Of a stretch of DNA of 64,000 nt, positions 54,870 to 64,000 are shown piece after piece. Position 1 is the stretch's first letter; each line of letters begins with the position of its first letter. Source of the stretch: Alphaproteobacteria bacterium. GTDB lineage: Bacteria; Pseudomonadota; Alphaproteobacteria; Rs-D84. Position numbers and translations under genes: made by a program. The stretch is from contig JAFXPG010000005.1 in NCBI GenBank assembly GCA_017528045.1, positions 77,834 to 141,833 of the forward strand, written 5' to 3'. Under the pieces are notes generated by a model. It worked only from the letters and a program-made list of their open reading frames with translations, ran no database searches and was not told the DNA's origin.

Positions 54870-55826
54870 TTATCTGGCAACGTCACCTTGCAGTTGTTCA
54901 TGGCGCAGATACTTTGTTAAATATTTATAGCCACCATCGGCGTGCCAATTAAATATACCGTTCCAGTTTTCGTTATTTATGGCAACCTGTGGTAATTCAT
55001 AAGGTGTGCGTGATAATTGTTCTTTTACTTGATCTATATGATTTTCGTATATATGAACGTCACCCCAATTACCACGTAAAACACCAGGTTCATAGCCCAA
55101 TTCTTTTGCCAAAAGCAATAACAACATAGCATATGATGCGATATTAAAAGGTATTCCAAGGAACATATCGCAAGAGCGCTGATTCCAAATCAAGTTTAAT
55201 TTATTATTAAGAATCAATATTTGCCAACAATAATGGCATGGTGGCAAAGCCATACGTGGTTGGTCTACTGGATTCCAAGCACTAACGATTAAACGTCTGT
55301 CGTTTGGATTCTTGCGTGCAGTATTGATAACATTTTTTAATTGATCAAAACCAGGTCTATCAAGATTATAATTTAACTCTGGTTTTTCAGGATTCCATAC
55401 ATATTTTCCGTTCCAATGACGCCATTGCCAACCATATACAGGTCCCAAATCTCGTGTATCAGACATAGCGGATTCTTTGATTTCTTTATCTTTTGCTTCT
55501 GTCACTATAATACCAGATTTGCGTGCTTCGTTTAATCTTTTTTCATATAAAGGTTGCCAAGATGGTTCACTGGCCCATTCGTTCCAAATTTTGCAATTAC
55601 GGTCTTGTAACCATTTTTTATCTGTAAAACCGTTTATGAAAAATTCTAATTCTGTAGAAATCGTCTTTAATGGTGTGAACTTTGTAGTAATCAAAGGAAA
55701 ACCTTTGGACATATCATGTTCAAAAGTTGCACCCCATGGGATACGAATTGTTGGAATTCCAGTACGATTGTCGGATTTTGTCCCGTTTTCAAGACAGTTT
55801 TTAAGGATGTCTAAATACGCTTTCAT
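54870..55826 (-). CDS. thyA: Thymidylate synthase (ThyA)
   Basis: The motifs RTGIPT, LPPCHYCWQ, QRSCDMFLGIPFNIASYA and DVHIYENH are present. The start is the ATG at 55826 with an AAAGGAAG RBS. Confidence 0.95.
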   Translation of the reverse strand: MKAYLDILKNCLENGTKSDNRTGIPTIRIPWGATFEHDMSKGFPLITTKFTPLKTISTELEFFINGFTDKKWLQDRNCKIWNEWASEPSWQPLYEKRLNEARKSGIIVTEAKDKEIKESAMSDTRDLGPVYGWQWRHWNGKYVWNPEKPELNYNLDRPGFDQLKNVINTARKNPNDRRLIVSAWNPVDQPRMALPPCHYCWQILILNNKLNLIWNQRSCDMFLGIPFNIASYAMLLLLLAKELGYEPGVLRGNWGDVHIYENHIDQVKEQLSRTPYELPQVAINNENWNGIFNWHADGGYKYLTKYLRHEQLQGDVAR

Positions 55827-55911
55827 GTTTTTTCTTCCTTTCAATAATCTACATCCCCTGTCCTATGCTTGATACTAGAAAAAACTGCGAATTTAATCAA
55901 GAAAAAAAGAA

Positions 55912-56589
55912 TTAATGTATTTTACCGTGTTGATTTTGATTTGTAATATAAGTTTTAATATCAAAAGTATTATTTTTACAATCAATAAACCAAAAAAATG
56001 AAGTAATAGAACGAAATATACCATGTAATTTTTTTATAGCACATATTTGTTCATCACTGACGTAATTTTCAGAAATATAGTTTGTTTTTGGCTTTGGTTT
56101 ATATTCTTTTGGATATCGTACTAATAATATACCACCAAAATTTTCATCATAATCTTCAGGATAAATTACAGAAATTAACTTTGTGGCTTCTTCCATAAGA
56201 CTTGAAAAAAGTTGTTTTGATTTTTCGTCTTTGAAAACAAGCAAATATTTTGATTGTTGTTGTTCTGTTCTATAGGCATTTCTTTGAAAAAAGTTTAATA
56301 AACTGTCAAACAAAGACCCCCAACACAAAACTTTATCAACCGGTGAAAAATTTGTATAGTTCTTTAATACTTGTTCTTTTGTTTTTGTATGAGCATATAT
56401 ATCATTAGATATATTTGTTGTTAACACTGAATTATTTATTTTGGGCATATCTTTTATTTTTTGTTCAGATATTATGTTGCATATATCACACAAATAATAC
56501 ATCGGATTATGGTGAACTTTTTCAGAAAACTTTTTACCATTGTCATACCAATGTTTTTTTGTTGTGATTTTTTGAATAATATCAAACAT
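55912..56589 (-). CDS. Hypothetical protein (225 aa, orphan)
   Basis: I trimmed the start to the ATG at 56589 because the track start at 56634 would place the tig terminator hairpin inside the CDS. I recognise no family. Confidence 0.55.
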   Translation of the reverse strand: MFDIIQKITTKKHWYDNGKKFSEKVHHNPMYYLCDICNIISEQKIKDMPKINNSVLTTNISNDIYAHTKTKEQVLKNYTNFSPVDKVLCWGSLFDSLLNFFQRNAYRTEQQQSKYLLVFKDEKSKQLFSSLMEEATKLISVIYPEDYDENFGGILLVRYPKEYKPKPKTNYISENYVSDEQICAIKKLHGIFRSITSFFWFIDCKNNTFDIKTYITNQNQHGKIH

Positions 56590-56621
56590 AAGAATAAAAA
56601 CCTTTTTATATATTACAAAAA

Positions 56622-56648
56622 ACCGCCCAAACATTTAAAATGGGCGGT
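56622..56648 (-). terminator. Intrinsic terminator after tig
   Basis: Minus-strand hairpin accgccca/tgggcggt followed by T6. Confidence 0.85.
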
Positions 56649-56672
56649 TTTTACATATTAACGAACAGATGC

Positions 56673-57956
56673 TTATTTGAATAATTCATCTGCTGGAACA
56701 GATTTTTCTTTCTGTTTAACATGAGTCAGCATTGTATCCAAAGCTTTTCTTTCAAATAACATACCTCGTAACATAGCTACAGCATTTTGGTTTTTGTTAT
56801 AGAATTCAAAGATTTGTTTTGGGTCTGGATAACGAGAAGCTTCTGCCCAGATTGCTTGTTGCAAATCATCACGTGTAACTTCTACTTTATTTTGAGAACC
56901 CCATTCAGCTAAAATTAAGCCTAATTTTACACGACGTTCAGCATCTTTCTTTTCTTTCTTTTCGTCCCATTTATGATCGTGACCATGTTCAGCGTTATGT
57001 TGTTCATGTTCAGATTTCGCCATATCATATTCTTGGGTTACCAAAATTTCAGGTAAATCTAATTTTACTTTATCCGCTAATACGTCTAACAATTCTTCAC
57101 GCATATCACGTTGAGCAGCTTCTGTATATTGATCAGAAATAATTGTACGTATATGTTCTTTTAATTTTTCAACAGTTTCTTGACCAACTTGTTTTGCTAA
57201 TTCATCATTTAATTCAGGCAAGATATGTTTACGAACTTCATGAACTTTTACTTCAAAACGCGCTTTCTTGCCAGCTAAATTTTCTGCATGATATTCTTTT
57301 GGAAATGTTACATTTACATCGAATTCATCGCCTGCTTTGTGACCGATAACTTGATCTTCAAATCCTGGAATAAAAGAACCAGAACCCAAAATCAAATGAT
57401 GTTTAGAAGCTTCACCTCCTTCAAAAGCTTCTTTCCCGATAAATCCTTTGAAATCAATGACAGCAACGTCACCGTTTTGTGCAATATATTTTTCGTCCTG
57501 TTTTTCAGCGATACTGCGAGATTTACGGATGTTTTCCAAAGCTGTTTCTACTTCTTTTTCGTCTAATTTAGCAACTTTTTTAGTAACTGTTATTTTTTCT
57601 AAATCAATTTCTGGCAAAGTTGGTAAAATATCAAATTCCATAGAATATTCTACATCTTTACCAATTTCCCAACCTTCTAAATCAACTTTTGGTTGACCGG
57701 CTAAACGAATTTTCTTTTCATCTAAATATGTATTTAAATCATTATTCAAAGCTTTGTCAACTGCTTCACCGTAAGCAGAAGCATTATATTTTTGACGTAA
57801 AACAGTTAAAGGAATATGTCCTGTACGAAAACCAGGCATTTTTGCTGTTTTCCCAAATTCAGTCAAAACTTCGTCAGCAACTTTTTGTAAATCTTCGGCT
57901 GCGATTTTACCAGTTACAGAATAATGTAAATCTTTAATTTTTTCTTTTGTAAACAT
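56673..57956 (-). CDS. tig: Trigger factor
   Basis: It has the N-terminal ribosome-binding motif GFRTGHIP, a central FKBP-type PPIase domain, and a C-terminal helical arm. Confidence 0.93.
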   Translation of the reverse strand: MFTKEKIKDLHYSVTGKIAAEDLQKVADEVLTEFGKTAKMPGFRTGHIPLTVLRQKYNASAYGEAVDKALNNDLNTYLDEKKIRLAGQPKVDLEGWEIGKDVEYSMEFDILPTLPEIDLEKITVTKKVAKLDEKEVETALENIRKSRSIAEKQDEKYIAQNGDVAVIDFKGFIGKEAFEGGEASKHHLILGSGSFIPGFEDQVIGHKAGDEFDVNVTFPKEYHAENLAGKKARFEVKVHEVRKHILPELNDELAKQVGQETVEKLKEHIRTIISDQYTEAAQRDMREELLDVLADKVKLDLPEILVTQEYDMAKSEHEQHNAEHGHDHKWDEKKEKKDAERRVKLGLILAEWGSQNKVEVTRDDLQQAIWAEASRYPDPKQIFEFYNKNQNAVAMLRGMLFERKALDTMLTHVKQKEKSVPADELFK

Positions 57957-58038
57957 AATTTTTCCTTTGAGTATTTAACTGGGGTTGATTATACAAGTAT
58001 TTTTTTGTTTTTTCAACATAAACATTAATAAAAATATA

Positions 58039-58066
58039 TTGACAAAATCCTAGTGTTGCATAAGAT
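58039..58066 (+). promoter_or_regulatory. Sigma70-like promoter upstream of the 58094 ORF
   Basis: TTGACA at 58039-44, a 16-nt spacer, then TAAGAT at 58061-66. Confidence 0.4.
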
Positions 58067-58093
58067 TATATTCTGAAAATATAAGGTGTAAAT

Positions 58094-58291
58094 ATGGAAA
58101 AGAAAAAATCAGATTTTCAAAGATTTTGTGAAACTAATTGGATTATGGTTAAACCTTGGGTAATAACTACTTTACTTGTTGCTATATTTGGTGTTGGGAT
58201 TAATAAATTTATTTCTTCTGAAAGTTATAAAAAATTAACACAAAAAATTGAAAATATTAACAAATCAAATTCTTTACAGAATGTAAAATAA
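58094..58291 (+). CDS. Small membrane protein (65 aa)
   Basis: It has an AAGGTG RBS, one TM helix, and both a promoter and a terminator flanking it. Confidence 0.55.
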   Translation: MEKKKSDFQRFCETNWIMVKPWVITTLLVAIFGVGINKFISSESYKKLTQKIENINKSNSLQNVK

Positions 58292-58292
58292 T

Positions 58293-58318
58293 AAAAACCG
58301 CCAATTTGGCGGTTTTTA
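58293..58318. terminator. Bidirectional intrinsic terminator
   Basis: Stem aaccgcc/ggcggtt with an A-run and a T-run. Confidence 0.85.
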
Positions 58319-58344
58319 AATTGTTGTACACAATTTGTACACGA

Positions 58345-58878
58345 TTAACGTTTACTAAATTGAGTAGAACGACGAGCTTTGTGATAACCGTAATGTTTAC
58401 GTTCAACAACACGGCTGTCGCGTGTCAAGAATCCAGCTACTTTCAAAGCTTTACGTAAATCTGGTTCTGCTTTTTCCAAAGCTTTAGAAATACCATGTTT
58501 TACAGCACCAGCTTGGCCGGATAAACCACCACCTTGAACCATTGCAACTACATCATAAGAACCATCGCGTTTTGTTACGTCAAATGGTTGTACCAAGATC
58601 ATTTGCAATACAGAACGTTTGAAATAATCTTTCATTGCAATGCCGTTAATTGTGATGTTTCCTTTACCTGGTGTTAAATAAACACGGGCAATAGAATCTT
58701 TACGTTTGCCTGTTGCATAAATTGCACCTGATAATTTTGTGCTGGAAACAGTTGTTTTTGCTGCGGCTGCTTTTGGTGCCGCTTTTACTGTTGTTGCTTT
58801 AGCAGCGGTTGCTTTTTTTGCAGGGGCTGCTTTCTTTGCAGTTGTTTTTGTTGCTGCTGTTTTTTTTGTTTCTGTCAT
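58345..58878 (-). CDS. rpsI: 30S ribosomal protein S9 with an A/K/T-rich N-terminal extension
   Basis: The C-terminal core reads [19 protein letters not shown]...[18 protein letters not shown]. About 45 extra residues at the N-terminus are [19 protein letters not shown]-type. Confidence 0.95.
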   Translation of the reverse strand: MTETKKTAATKTTAKKAAPAKKATAAKATTVKAAPKAAAAKTTVSSTKLSGAIYATGKRKDSIARVYLTPGKGNITINGIAMKDYFKRSVLQMILVQPFDVTKRDGSYDVVAMVQGGGLSGQAGAVKHGISKALEKAEPDLRKALKVAGFLTRDSRVVERKHYGYHKARRSTQFSKR

Positions 58879-59351
58879 TATTCGCCCCTTTTGTTTTTAC
58901 GATTCAAAGAACCGAAATCAATAACGATTGGGTTTTGTGCTGCGTGTTTGTGTTCTGTACCAGCATAAACATGTAATTTTGTTAAACGTTTGTTAGCCAA
59001 TGCAACAGCTGTGCGGCGACCCATCATACGTTTTACAGCATTTGTTATTAATTTTTCTGGTTTTTCAGAACGCATTTGACCCAAAGTTCTTTCTTTGGTG
59101 CTGCCTGTCCACAAAGAATGCCAAAAGAATTTTGTTTTTTCGTCTTTGTGACCTGTTAAAGCAACCTTATCAGCGTTAATAATGATAACATGATCACCAC
59201 AATCCATGTTTGGTGTCCATGTTGGTTTGTTTTTGCCACGTAAGATGTTTGCTGTATATGCAGCCAAACGTCCCAATGTGCAATTTGTAGCATCAATTAG
59301 ATACCATTTGGCTTCTAATTCGCTTTTCTTTAATGATTTTGTTTGTGCCAT
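58878..59351 (-). CDS. rplM: 50S ribosomal protein L13
   Basis: It reads [16 protein letters not shown]...[11 protein letters not shown]. Its stop overlaps the rpsI start. Confidence 0.95.
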   Translation of the reverse strand: MAQTKSLKKSELEAKWYLIDATNCTLGRLAAYTANILRGKNKPTWTPNMDCGDHVIIINADKVALTGHKDEKTKFFWHSLWTGSTKERTLGQMRSEKPEKLITNAVKRMMGRRTAVALANKRLTKLHVYAGTEHKHAAQNPIVIDFGSLNRKNKRGE

Positions 59352-59479
59352 TGTTTTACCTTTTAATGTTTGTTAAAAATAGCGTGCCTATTATGTTTCA
59401 AACATGCACAAAAGTCAAGAAAAATCTGTGTGGTATTATAATACCATAGAAAAAGTTTTTTTTGTTTTCGGTGTTTTTT

Positions 59480-59490
59480 TATGATATAAT
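59480..59490 (+). promoter_or_regulatory. Extended -10 promoter (TGATATAAT) upstream of the 59515 orphan
   Basis: T7, then ATGATATAAT with TATAAT at 59485-90. The RBS AAAGGAAA follows, then the ATG at 59515. Confidence 0.45.
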
Positions 59491-59514
59491 AATCAGATAA
59501 AAAAAGGAAATACT

Positions 59515-60552
59515 ATGACTCGTGTAAAATATTACGAAAAATATGTCGAACCTGTTATTGGTCATATAATCCCGTATTTGAAAAAAAATAAAAAAATATG
59601 GCGTCTAGAATCAATTGCTAAAATTGCAGAAACAATAAAAAATGATTCTTTTTATGAAAAATCAGACAAGGAAAAAGAAAAAATTATATTGGATTTTTAC
59701 GAACTTTTATATTTTTTGTATCTTCATAATTGTTATGAACCAGTGTATGCAGATCATAGATATCTTTGTAATAACATATGGTTTGTTTCTTCGGTTGCTA
59801 AAAGCGGAAGAAAAGATGTTTCGGCCTACGATTCTATGTTAGATGCAAAAAATAAAATAAGTGTTGCAAAAAAGTACAAAGGTATAATTGGATTAGTATC
59901 AAGACCTGGTTTTTCTGAAACTTATAATAATGTAAATTTCAGCCTTCAAGATGAATTTTTTGATAATGAAATTAAAGGCGAAGTTTTGTTTATGGTTCCT
60001 AAAAAGGGTAAATTCAGAGATTTTTACAAAGCTTTTGATTATAAAAAATATGGCGAATATAAATCAAATAAAGATATTAACAAATTGCGTAAATTTTTTA
60101 TGAAATTGGCGGATTTAACAAAATATCACGACAGTTCAAAAGACAAGGAAAATATTTATCATGGTGCTATGTTCTTAAACAATGAACTTGGCAAGGAAAT
60201 TGTTGGTAAAGGTGTAATCTTTCGTGTATCTGATAGGTTAAGAGAAAAGGAATTAAAATTAAAAGAAGCTGAAAGACCTTTGTGTGAACAAATTGATCGC
60301 CAAGCAACGTTGGTAGAACAATTAAAAACATCGGCGATGAATAAAGCTATGGAAATCGTATCTGGTGGTTTTATGGCTGCAAAATTCAAAACTGCACAAT
60401 TAAGGGCTGAAAAGGTTTTAGAGGCACAACGTGTGTTAAATGAATTAGAAAAAAAATTAGCAAAATTATCGGCTCAACATAAAAAAGAATATGCAGAATA
60501 TCGTAAAGAAATAGTCGGAGCCTTGCGACGGATTAATGGTTTGGAAAAATAA
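59515..60552 (+). CDS. Hypothetical protein (345 aa, orphan) with a C-terminal coiled coil
   Basis: It is an intact ORF flanked by a promoter, an RBS and a terminator. I recognise no family. Confidence 0.6.
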   Translation: MTRVKYYEKYVEPVIGHIIPYLKKNKKIWRLESIAKIAETIKNDSFYEKSDKEKEKIILDFYELLYFLYLHNCYEPVYADHRYLCNNIWFVSSVAKSGRKDVSAYDSMLDAKNKISVAKKYKGIIGLVSRPGFSETYNNVNFSLQDEFFDNEIKGEVLFMVPKKGKFRDFYKAFDYKKYGEYKSNKDINKLRKFFMKLADLTKYHDSSKDKENIYHGAMFLNNELGKEIVGKGVIFRVSDRLREKELKLKEAERPLCEQIDRQATLVEQLKTSAMNKAMEIVSGGFMAAKFKTAQLRAEKVLEAQRVLNELEKKLAKLSAQHKKEYAEYRKEIVGALRRINGLEK

Positions 60553-60578
60553 AAACGCCCTTTTGGGCGTATTTTTTT
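60553..60578 (+). terminator. Intrinsic terminator
   Basis: Stem acgccc/gggcgt with loop tttt, then a T7 run. Confidence 0.85.
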
Positions 60579-60666
60579 AATGATTTTGTTTGTGACATTG
60601 TTCTTACTTTTTAGTGTTTGTTTAAAACAGCGTATTATGTGTTAAACCCGTACAAAAAATAATAAC

Positions 60667-61404
60667 TTAATGTTTTATTCTTTGATATTGGTGTGTTATT
60701 TCGCCAAACATATATTGCTTGTGTTCTTTTAATTGTTTAATCATATCAGCACGACTATGACACCCGGTTTTTATTTCTATCAAGAAACTTAAGACAATAT
60801 GTTCATTACACAAAACATTAACTATTTCTTTGGTTAATATATCATATGCACGTTGTCTGTAGAAAACGTCCGCCTTTTCAACAATTTCTTGCAGGATTAC
60901 ATACAAATGTTCCAGCCATTCTTCTGGAATTTCGTATTTGTTTTTCTTATAAAATTCTAAATGATCGTTATACATATATGCATATCTTAAGAATTGGTTT
61001 CTTAAAATTGCGATTTCTTTCTTTTTATCTTTTTGTCTTATGTTTATTATTAAGCCTGTTTCTTTATGATGGTGACAATTGGTTCCGTCTTTATTCAATA
61101 CAGATTTGATCATTTTTGTTTGTTTAAATTTATTTTTACCAGATTTGATATCGCGTTGTTTGTTTGATATAAAATCATAAACGTAAAAAGTTGAATTGCG
61201 TTCATTATAGCGCAATAAAAAATTTGGGGTGTTATAATCCCAAATTTCTTCAGATATATAAAAATAGCATTTTAATATGTTTTCAAAAGAACCAAATTTA
61301 TTTGGGTTTGTTACAACTGAATTTATAAAATCTGCGTGTGCTGAAAACTTTTCAAAAGGAATTTTTTTGAATAATTCCGCATGTTTGTTTGCGTATTTAT
61401 ACAA
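60667..61404 (-). CDS. Hypothetical protein (245 aa, orphan)
   Basis: It is an intact ORF lying 13 nt downstream of the argS stop on the same strand. I recognise no family. Confidence 0.55.
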   Translation of the reverse strand: MYKYANKHAELFKKIPFEKFSAHADFINSVVTNPNKFGSFENILKCYFYISEEIWDYNTPNFLLRYNERNSTFYVYDFISNKQRDIKSGKNKFKQTKMIKSVLNKDGTNCHHHKETGLIINIRQKDKKKEIAILRNQFLRYAYMYNDHLEFYKKNKYEIPEEWLEHLYVILQEIVEKADVFYRQRAYDILTKEIVNVLCNEHIVLSFLIEIKTGCHSRADMIKQLKEHKQYMFGEITHQYQRIKH

Positions 61405-61417
61405 TTTGACCTCTTTT

Positions 61418-63127
61418 TTACATTTCTGATGGTATTTTTAATCCCATTAAATCAATTGCTGTTGATAATGTATCAAATGCTAATTTTGCAATATATAAAC
61501 GCCCTGCTTTGATATCTTCTGGAATATCATCACGTAAAATTGGACAATTATGATAAAAATTATTGATTAATTGACATAAATCATAAGCATAATTTGCAAT
61601 CATATCGGTTGCACGATTTTCATATGCTGACAATATAGTCTTTTCAAAATCCATAATTTCGATCAATAAATTACGTTCTTCAATTGATAAATCAAAATGT
61701 TCTGGTTTTGAAATATTAGTATTTGAACGTTTTAGGACAGAATTTAAACGAACAGCAGTGTATAATATATAAGGTCCAGTTTTCCCTTCAAAACTGGTAA
61801 TAGATGCAGGATCAAATATATAATCAGATTTAACATCGTGTAATAAGTCATTAAATTTTACAGCCGCCAATGCGATTATTTTTATTGTTTCTTCATCTAA
61901 TTTTTTACCAGATTCCGTAACACGTGCAGCAACAGCGTCGTTTGCAATATCTATGATATCGTCTAAACCAGCAGCATTACCATCACGTGTTTTAAAAGGT
62001 TTTCCATCTTTGCCGTTTATTGTACCGTATCCAATATGTTCAAATTTTTCATAAGGATATATGCCAGACATATCTGCTGCACGGAATAATTGTTCAAAAT
62101 GTAAAGATTGACGTAAATCTGTAAAATATATAATTTTATCCGGGTTGTCTTTTATTTTACGACAATAAACAGCGGCTAAATCTGTAGAATCATACGTATC
62201 TGCCCCACGGGAATCACGCCACATATATGGTGGCATTGGCGCATTATCTGTGTCTTTTTTCACATTTATTATCTGGGCACCTTCATTTTCAAAAATCATA
62301 TGTTTTTCATTAAGAATCTGTTCTACATCTTTTAAATATTTTGCAGCGTTTCTTTCGCCAAGATCATAATCAAAAGGCAAAATATTCAATCTTTGAACAG
62401 TGTTATTCATTGTACGCAAAGATATAGATAAAAATTTTTCATATAAAGCAAAGTATCCTGGATGTCCTGCTTGAAATTTAGCTTTGATTTCTTGTGCGCG
62501 TGCTTGAAATTCAGGATTTTCTTTGGCAAAAGAAGAAGCCAAAGGATAATAAGTGTTTAATTCTTTTTCATTTATTTCATAATCAACAGTTTTTTCTGGA
62601 TCAAAATCGTCTTGAAAATATGGTAATTCTGGATGTAAGCGTTCAATCCAGGCAATAATCAACCCCATAGGTTTTCCCCAATCTCCAATATGATTCCAAG
62701 AAAATGTTTTATGACCTAAAAATTTTGTAATACGATTAAACGTATCTCCGACTATAGATGTTCTTAAATGTCCAATATGTAAAGATTTTGCAACATTATA
62801 TGCGCCATAATCCATATCTATAACCAAAGGTTTTTCTGATGACATTTGTTTTGGTGCAGATGCGTTTTGTAGAATAAAATCATCTTTGATTTTTATATTT
62901 ATGAAACCTGGTCCAGCAATGGAAACATCAGACACAAAATCTAATTCTTTTAACAAAGGTAAATATTCGTTGGCTAATTCACGTGGATTTTTGCCGGCTA
63001 TTTTTGCACCAACCATCGCGGCATTTGTAGAAAAATCACCAAAATCACGGTTTTTTGGCACTTCCAATTTTGCTTCAAAACCTAATTTTTTATTTATTTT
63101 ATCTGATACATATTTATATAAATTCAT
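61418..63127 (-). CDS. argS: Arginine--tRNA ligase
   Basis: It carries the class I HIGH motif (SLHIGHLRT) and a C-terminal DALR anticodon-binding domain. An alternative start lies at 63139. Confidence 0.95.
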   Translation of the reverse strand: MNLYKYVSDKINKKLGFEAKLEVPKNRDFGDFSTNAAMVGAKIAGKNPRELANEYLPLLKELDFVSDVSIAGPGFINIKIKDDFILQNASAPKQMSSEKPLVIDMDYGAYNVAKSLHIGHLRTSIVGDTFNRITKFLGHKTFSWNHIGDWGKPMGLIIAWIERLHPELPYFQDDFDPEKTVDYEINEKELNTYYPLASSFAKENPEFQARAQEIKAKFQAGHPGYFALYEKFLSISLRTMNNTVQRLNILPFDYDLGERNAAKYLKDVEQILNEKHMIFENEGAQIINVKKDTDNAPMPPYMWRDSRGADTYDSTDLAAVYCRKIKDNPDKIIYFTDLRQSLHFEQLFRAADMSGIYPYEKFEHIGYGTINGKDGKPFKTRDGNAAGLDDIIDIANDAVAARVTESGKKLDEETIKIIALAAVKFNDLLHDVKSDYIFDPASITSFEGKTGPYILYTAVRLNSVLKRSNTNISKPEHFDLSIEERNLLIEIMDFEKTILSAYENRATDMIANYAYDLCQLINNFYHNCPILRDDIPEDIKAGRLYIAKLAFDTLSTAIDLMGLKIPSEM

Positions 63128-63142
63128 AATAAAATCCATTTT

Positions 63143-64000
63143 TTATAAAGGTAAAACTACGCGAACTTTTAAACCACCTAAATCACTATCTTCCAAGAAT
63201 ATTTCACCACCATGATTTTCAATAGCAGTTTGTGCAATAGACAAACCTAGACCTGTACCACCTGTTTTTTCACTTCTAGATTCATCTAATCTTACAAACG
63301 GCTGTAAAGCTTGTGCTTTTTTATCATCAGGAATACCAATACCATCATCTTCTATGGTAACAGTTACAGATTCTTCAGAATCAATCTCTGTGATTTTCAA
63401 AGTTTTCTTTGCGTATCTTGCTGCGTTTTCAATAATGTTTGTAAATGCACTGGTCAAAGCGGCAGGTCTGGCATAAAACAATGCAGGTTCTTCCGGAAAG
63501 TTTAATATAATTTCTTTGTTAGGGGCTGCGTCTCTTGCGATTCTTGTCAGCATGGCAGGTAATTCAACAGATTGTTCTATTTCAGGTATTTCACCACGAG
63601 CAAAGGCTAAATATCCATTAACCATTTCTGTCATACGATCGATGTTTGCTAATAAATCTTCTTTTTTTGCAGAATCTGTTTCAACGGCTAATCTCATACG
63701 TGTTAAAGGTGTTTTTAAATCGTGACCAACAGCATTTAACATATCTGTTCTTGTTTTATTATATCTATTTAAACGTTCTTTCATTGTAATCATAGCTGTA
63801 GCAGCTTCACGGATTTCGGCAGATCCACTTGGCTTAAATCCAGGAACATCCATACCGCGACCAAATTTATTAGCTGCTTTTGCAATACGCCTTATACTGC
63901 GAGTATGTAATATAATGAAAGGTGTTACCAATATTGAAACAATTAATATGGACCCTAAAATCCAAATCAAAAATACTTCCGTACTGGTTGAATAAATACG
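63143..64000 (-). CDS. EnvZ-like sensor histidine kinase, partial (5' end lies outside the window)
   Basis: The frame stays open to position 64000. It has a TM helix, a HAMP domain, the H-box HDLKTPLTRM, the N-box and the G-boxes DDGIGIP and GGTGLGLSI. Confidence 0.9.
   Translation of the reverse strand, partial: RIYSTSTEVFLIWILGSILIVSILVTPFIILHTRSIRRIAKAANKFGRGMDVPGFKPSGSAEIREAATAMITMKERLNRYNKTRTDMLNAVGHDLKTPLTRMRLAVETDSAKKEDLLANIDRMTEMVNGYLAFARGEIPEIEQSVELPAMLTRIARDAAPNKEIILNFPEEPALFYARPAALTSAFTNIIENAARYAKKTLKITEIDSEESVTVTIEDDGIGIPDDKKAQALQPFVRLDESRSEKTGGTGLGLSIAQTAIENHGGEIFLEDSDLGGLKVRVVLPL

Overview
The window is AT-rich and reads as a chromosomal segment of a diderm alphaproteobacterium. 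That placement is an inference from a GcrA cell-cycle regulator, a bactofilin/M23-peptidase operon, lpxA-lpxB and the overall gene content. Most of the window is a recognisable housekeeping backbone. It includes secG-rnc-lepB, a yifB-like ATPase, tspO, ftsB, dus, rodZ, uvrA, rnhA, tkt, hisS, prfA, aroK, mscL, rpiB, lpxAB, gcrA, acpS, corA, adk, rpsA, thyA, tig, rpsI-rplM, argS and a partial EnvZ-like histidine kinase. There are five tRNA genes (Arg-UCU, Leu-CAG, Ala-CGC, Leu-UAA, Val-CAC), all with an encoded CCA end, and many GC-rich intrinsic terminators that stand out against the AT-rich background. Orphan genes with no family I can recognise are interspersed in this backbone, and most encode signal-peptide or cysteine-rich proteins. 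The largest block is a 13.7 kb minus-strand accessory region (34308-47964). It holds an 844-aa Cys-rich secreted protein, two orphans bracketed by tRNA genes, and a tightly packed operon in which a TadV/CpaA-type prepilin peptidase precedes five unrecognisable secreted or membrane proteins. No pilus machinery is visible in the window. Other notable items are listed here:
- A structured about 200-nt leader with mutually exclusive pairings upstream of a secreted-protein operon.
- Tandem surface-protein paralogs that share a near-identical 3' cassette.
- A stand-alone Ffh M-domain ORF.
- rlmE interrupted by an in-frame TAA.
- A transposase remnant next to tRNA-Arg.
- A roughly 650-bp extremely AT-rich non-coding desert.
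I saw no CRISPR array, rRNA, intact mobile element or recognisable defence system. All calls rest on reading the sequence and the ORF track by eye. No database search was run.
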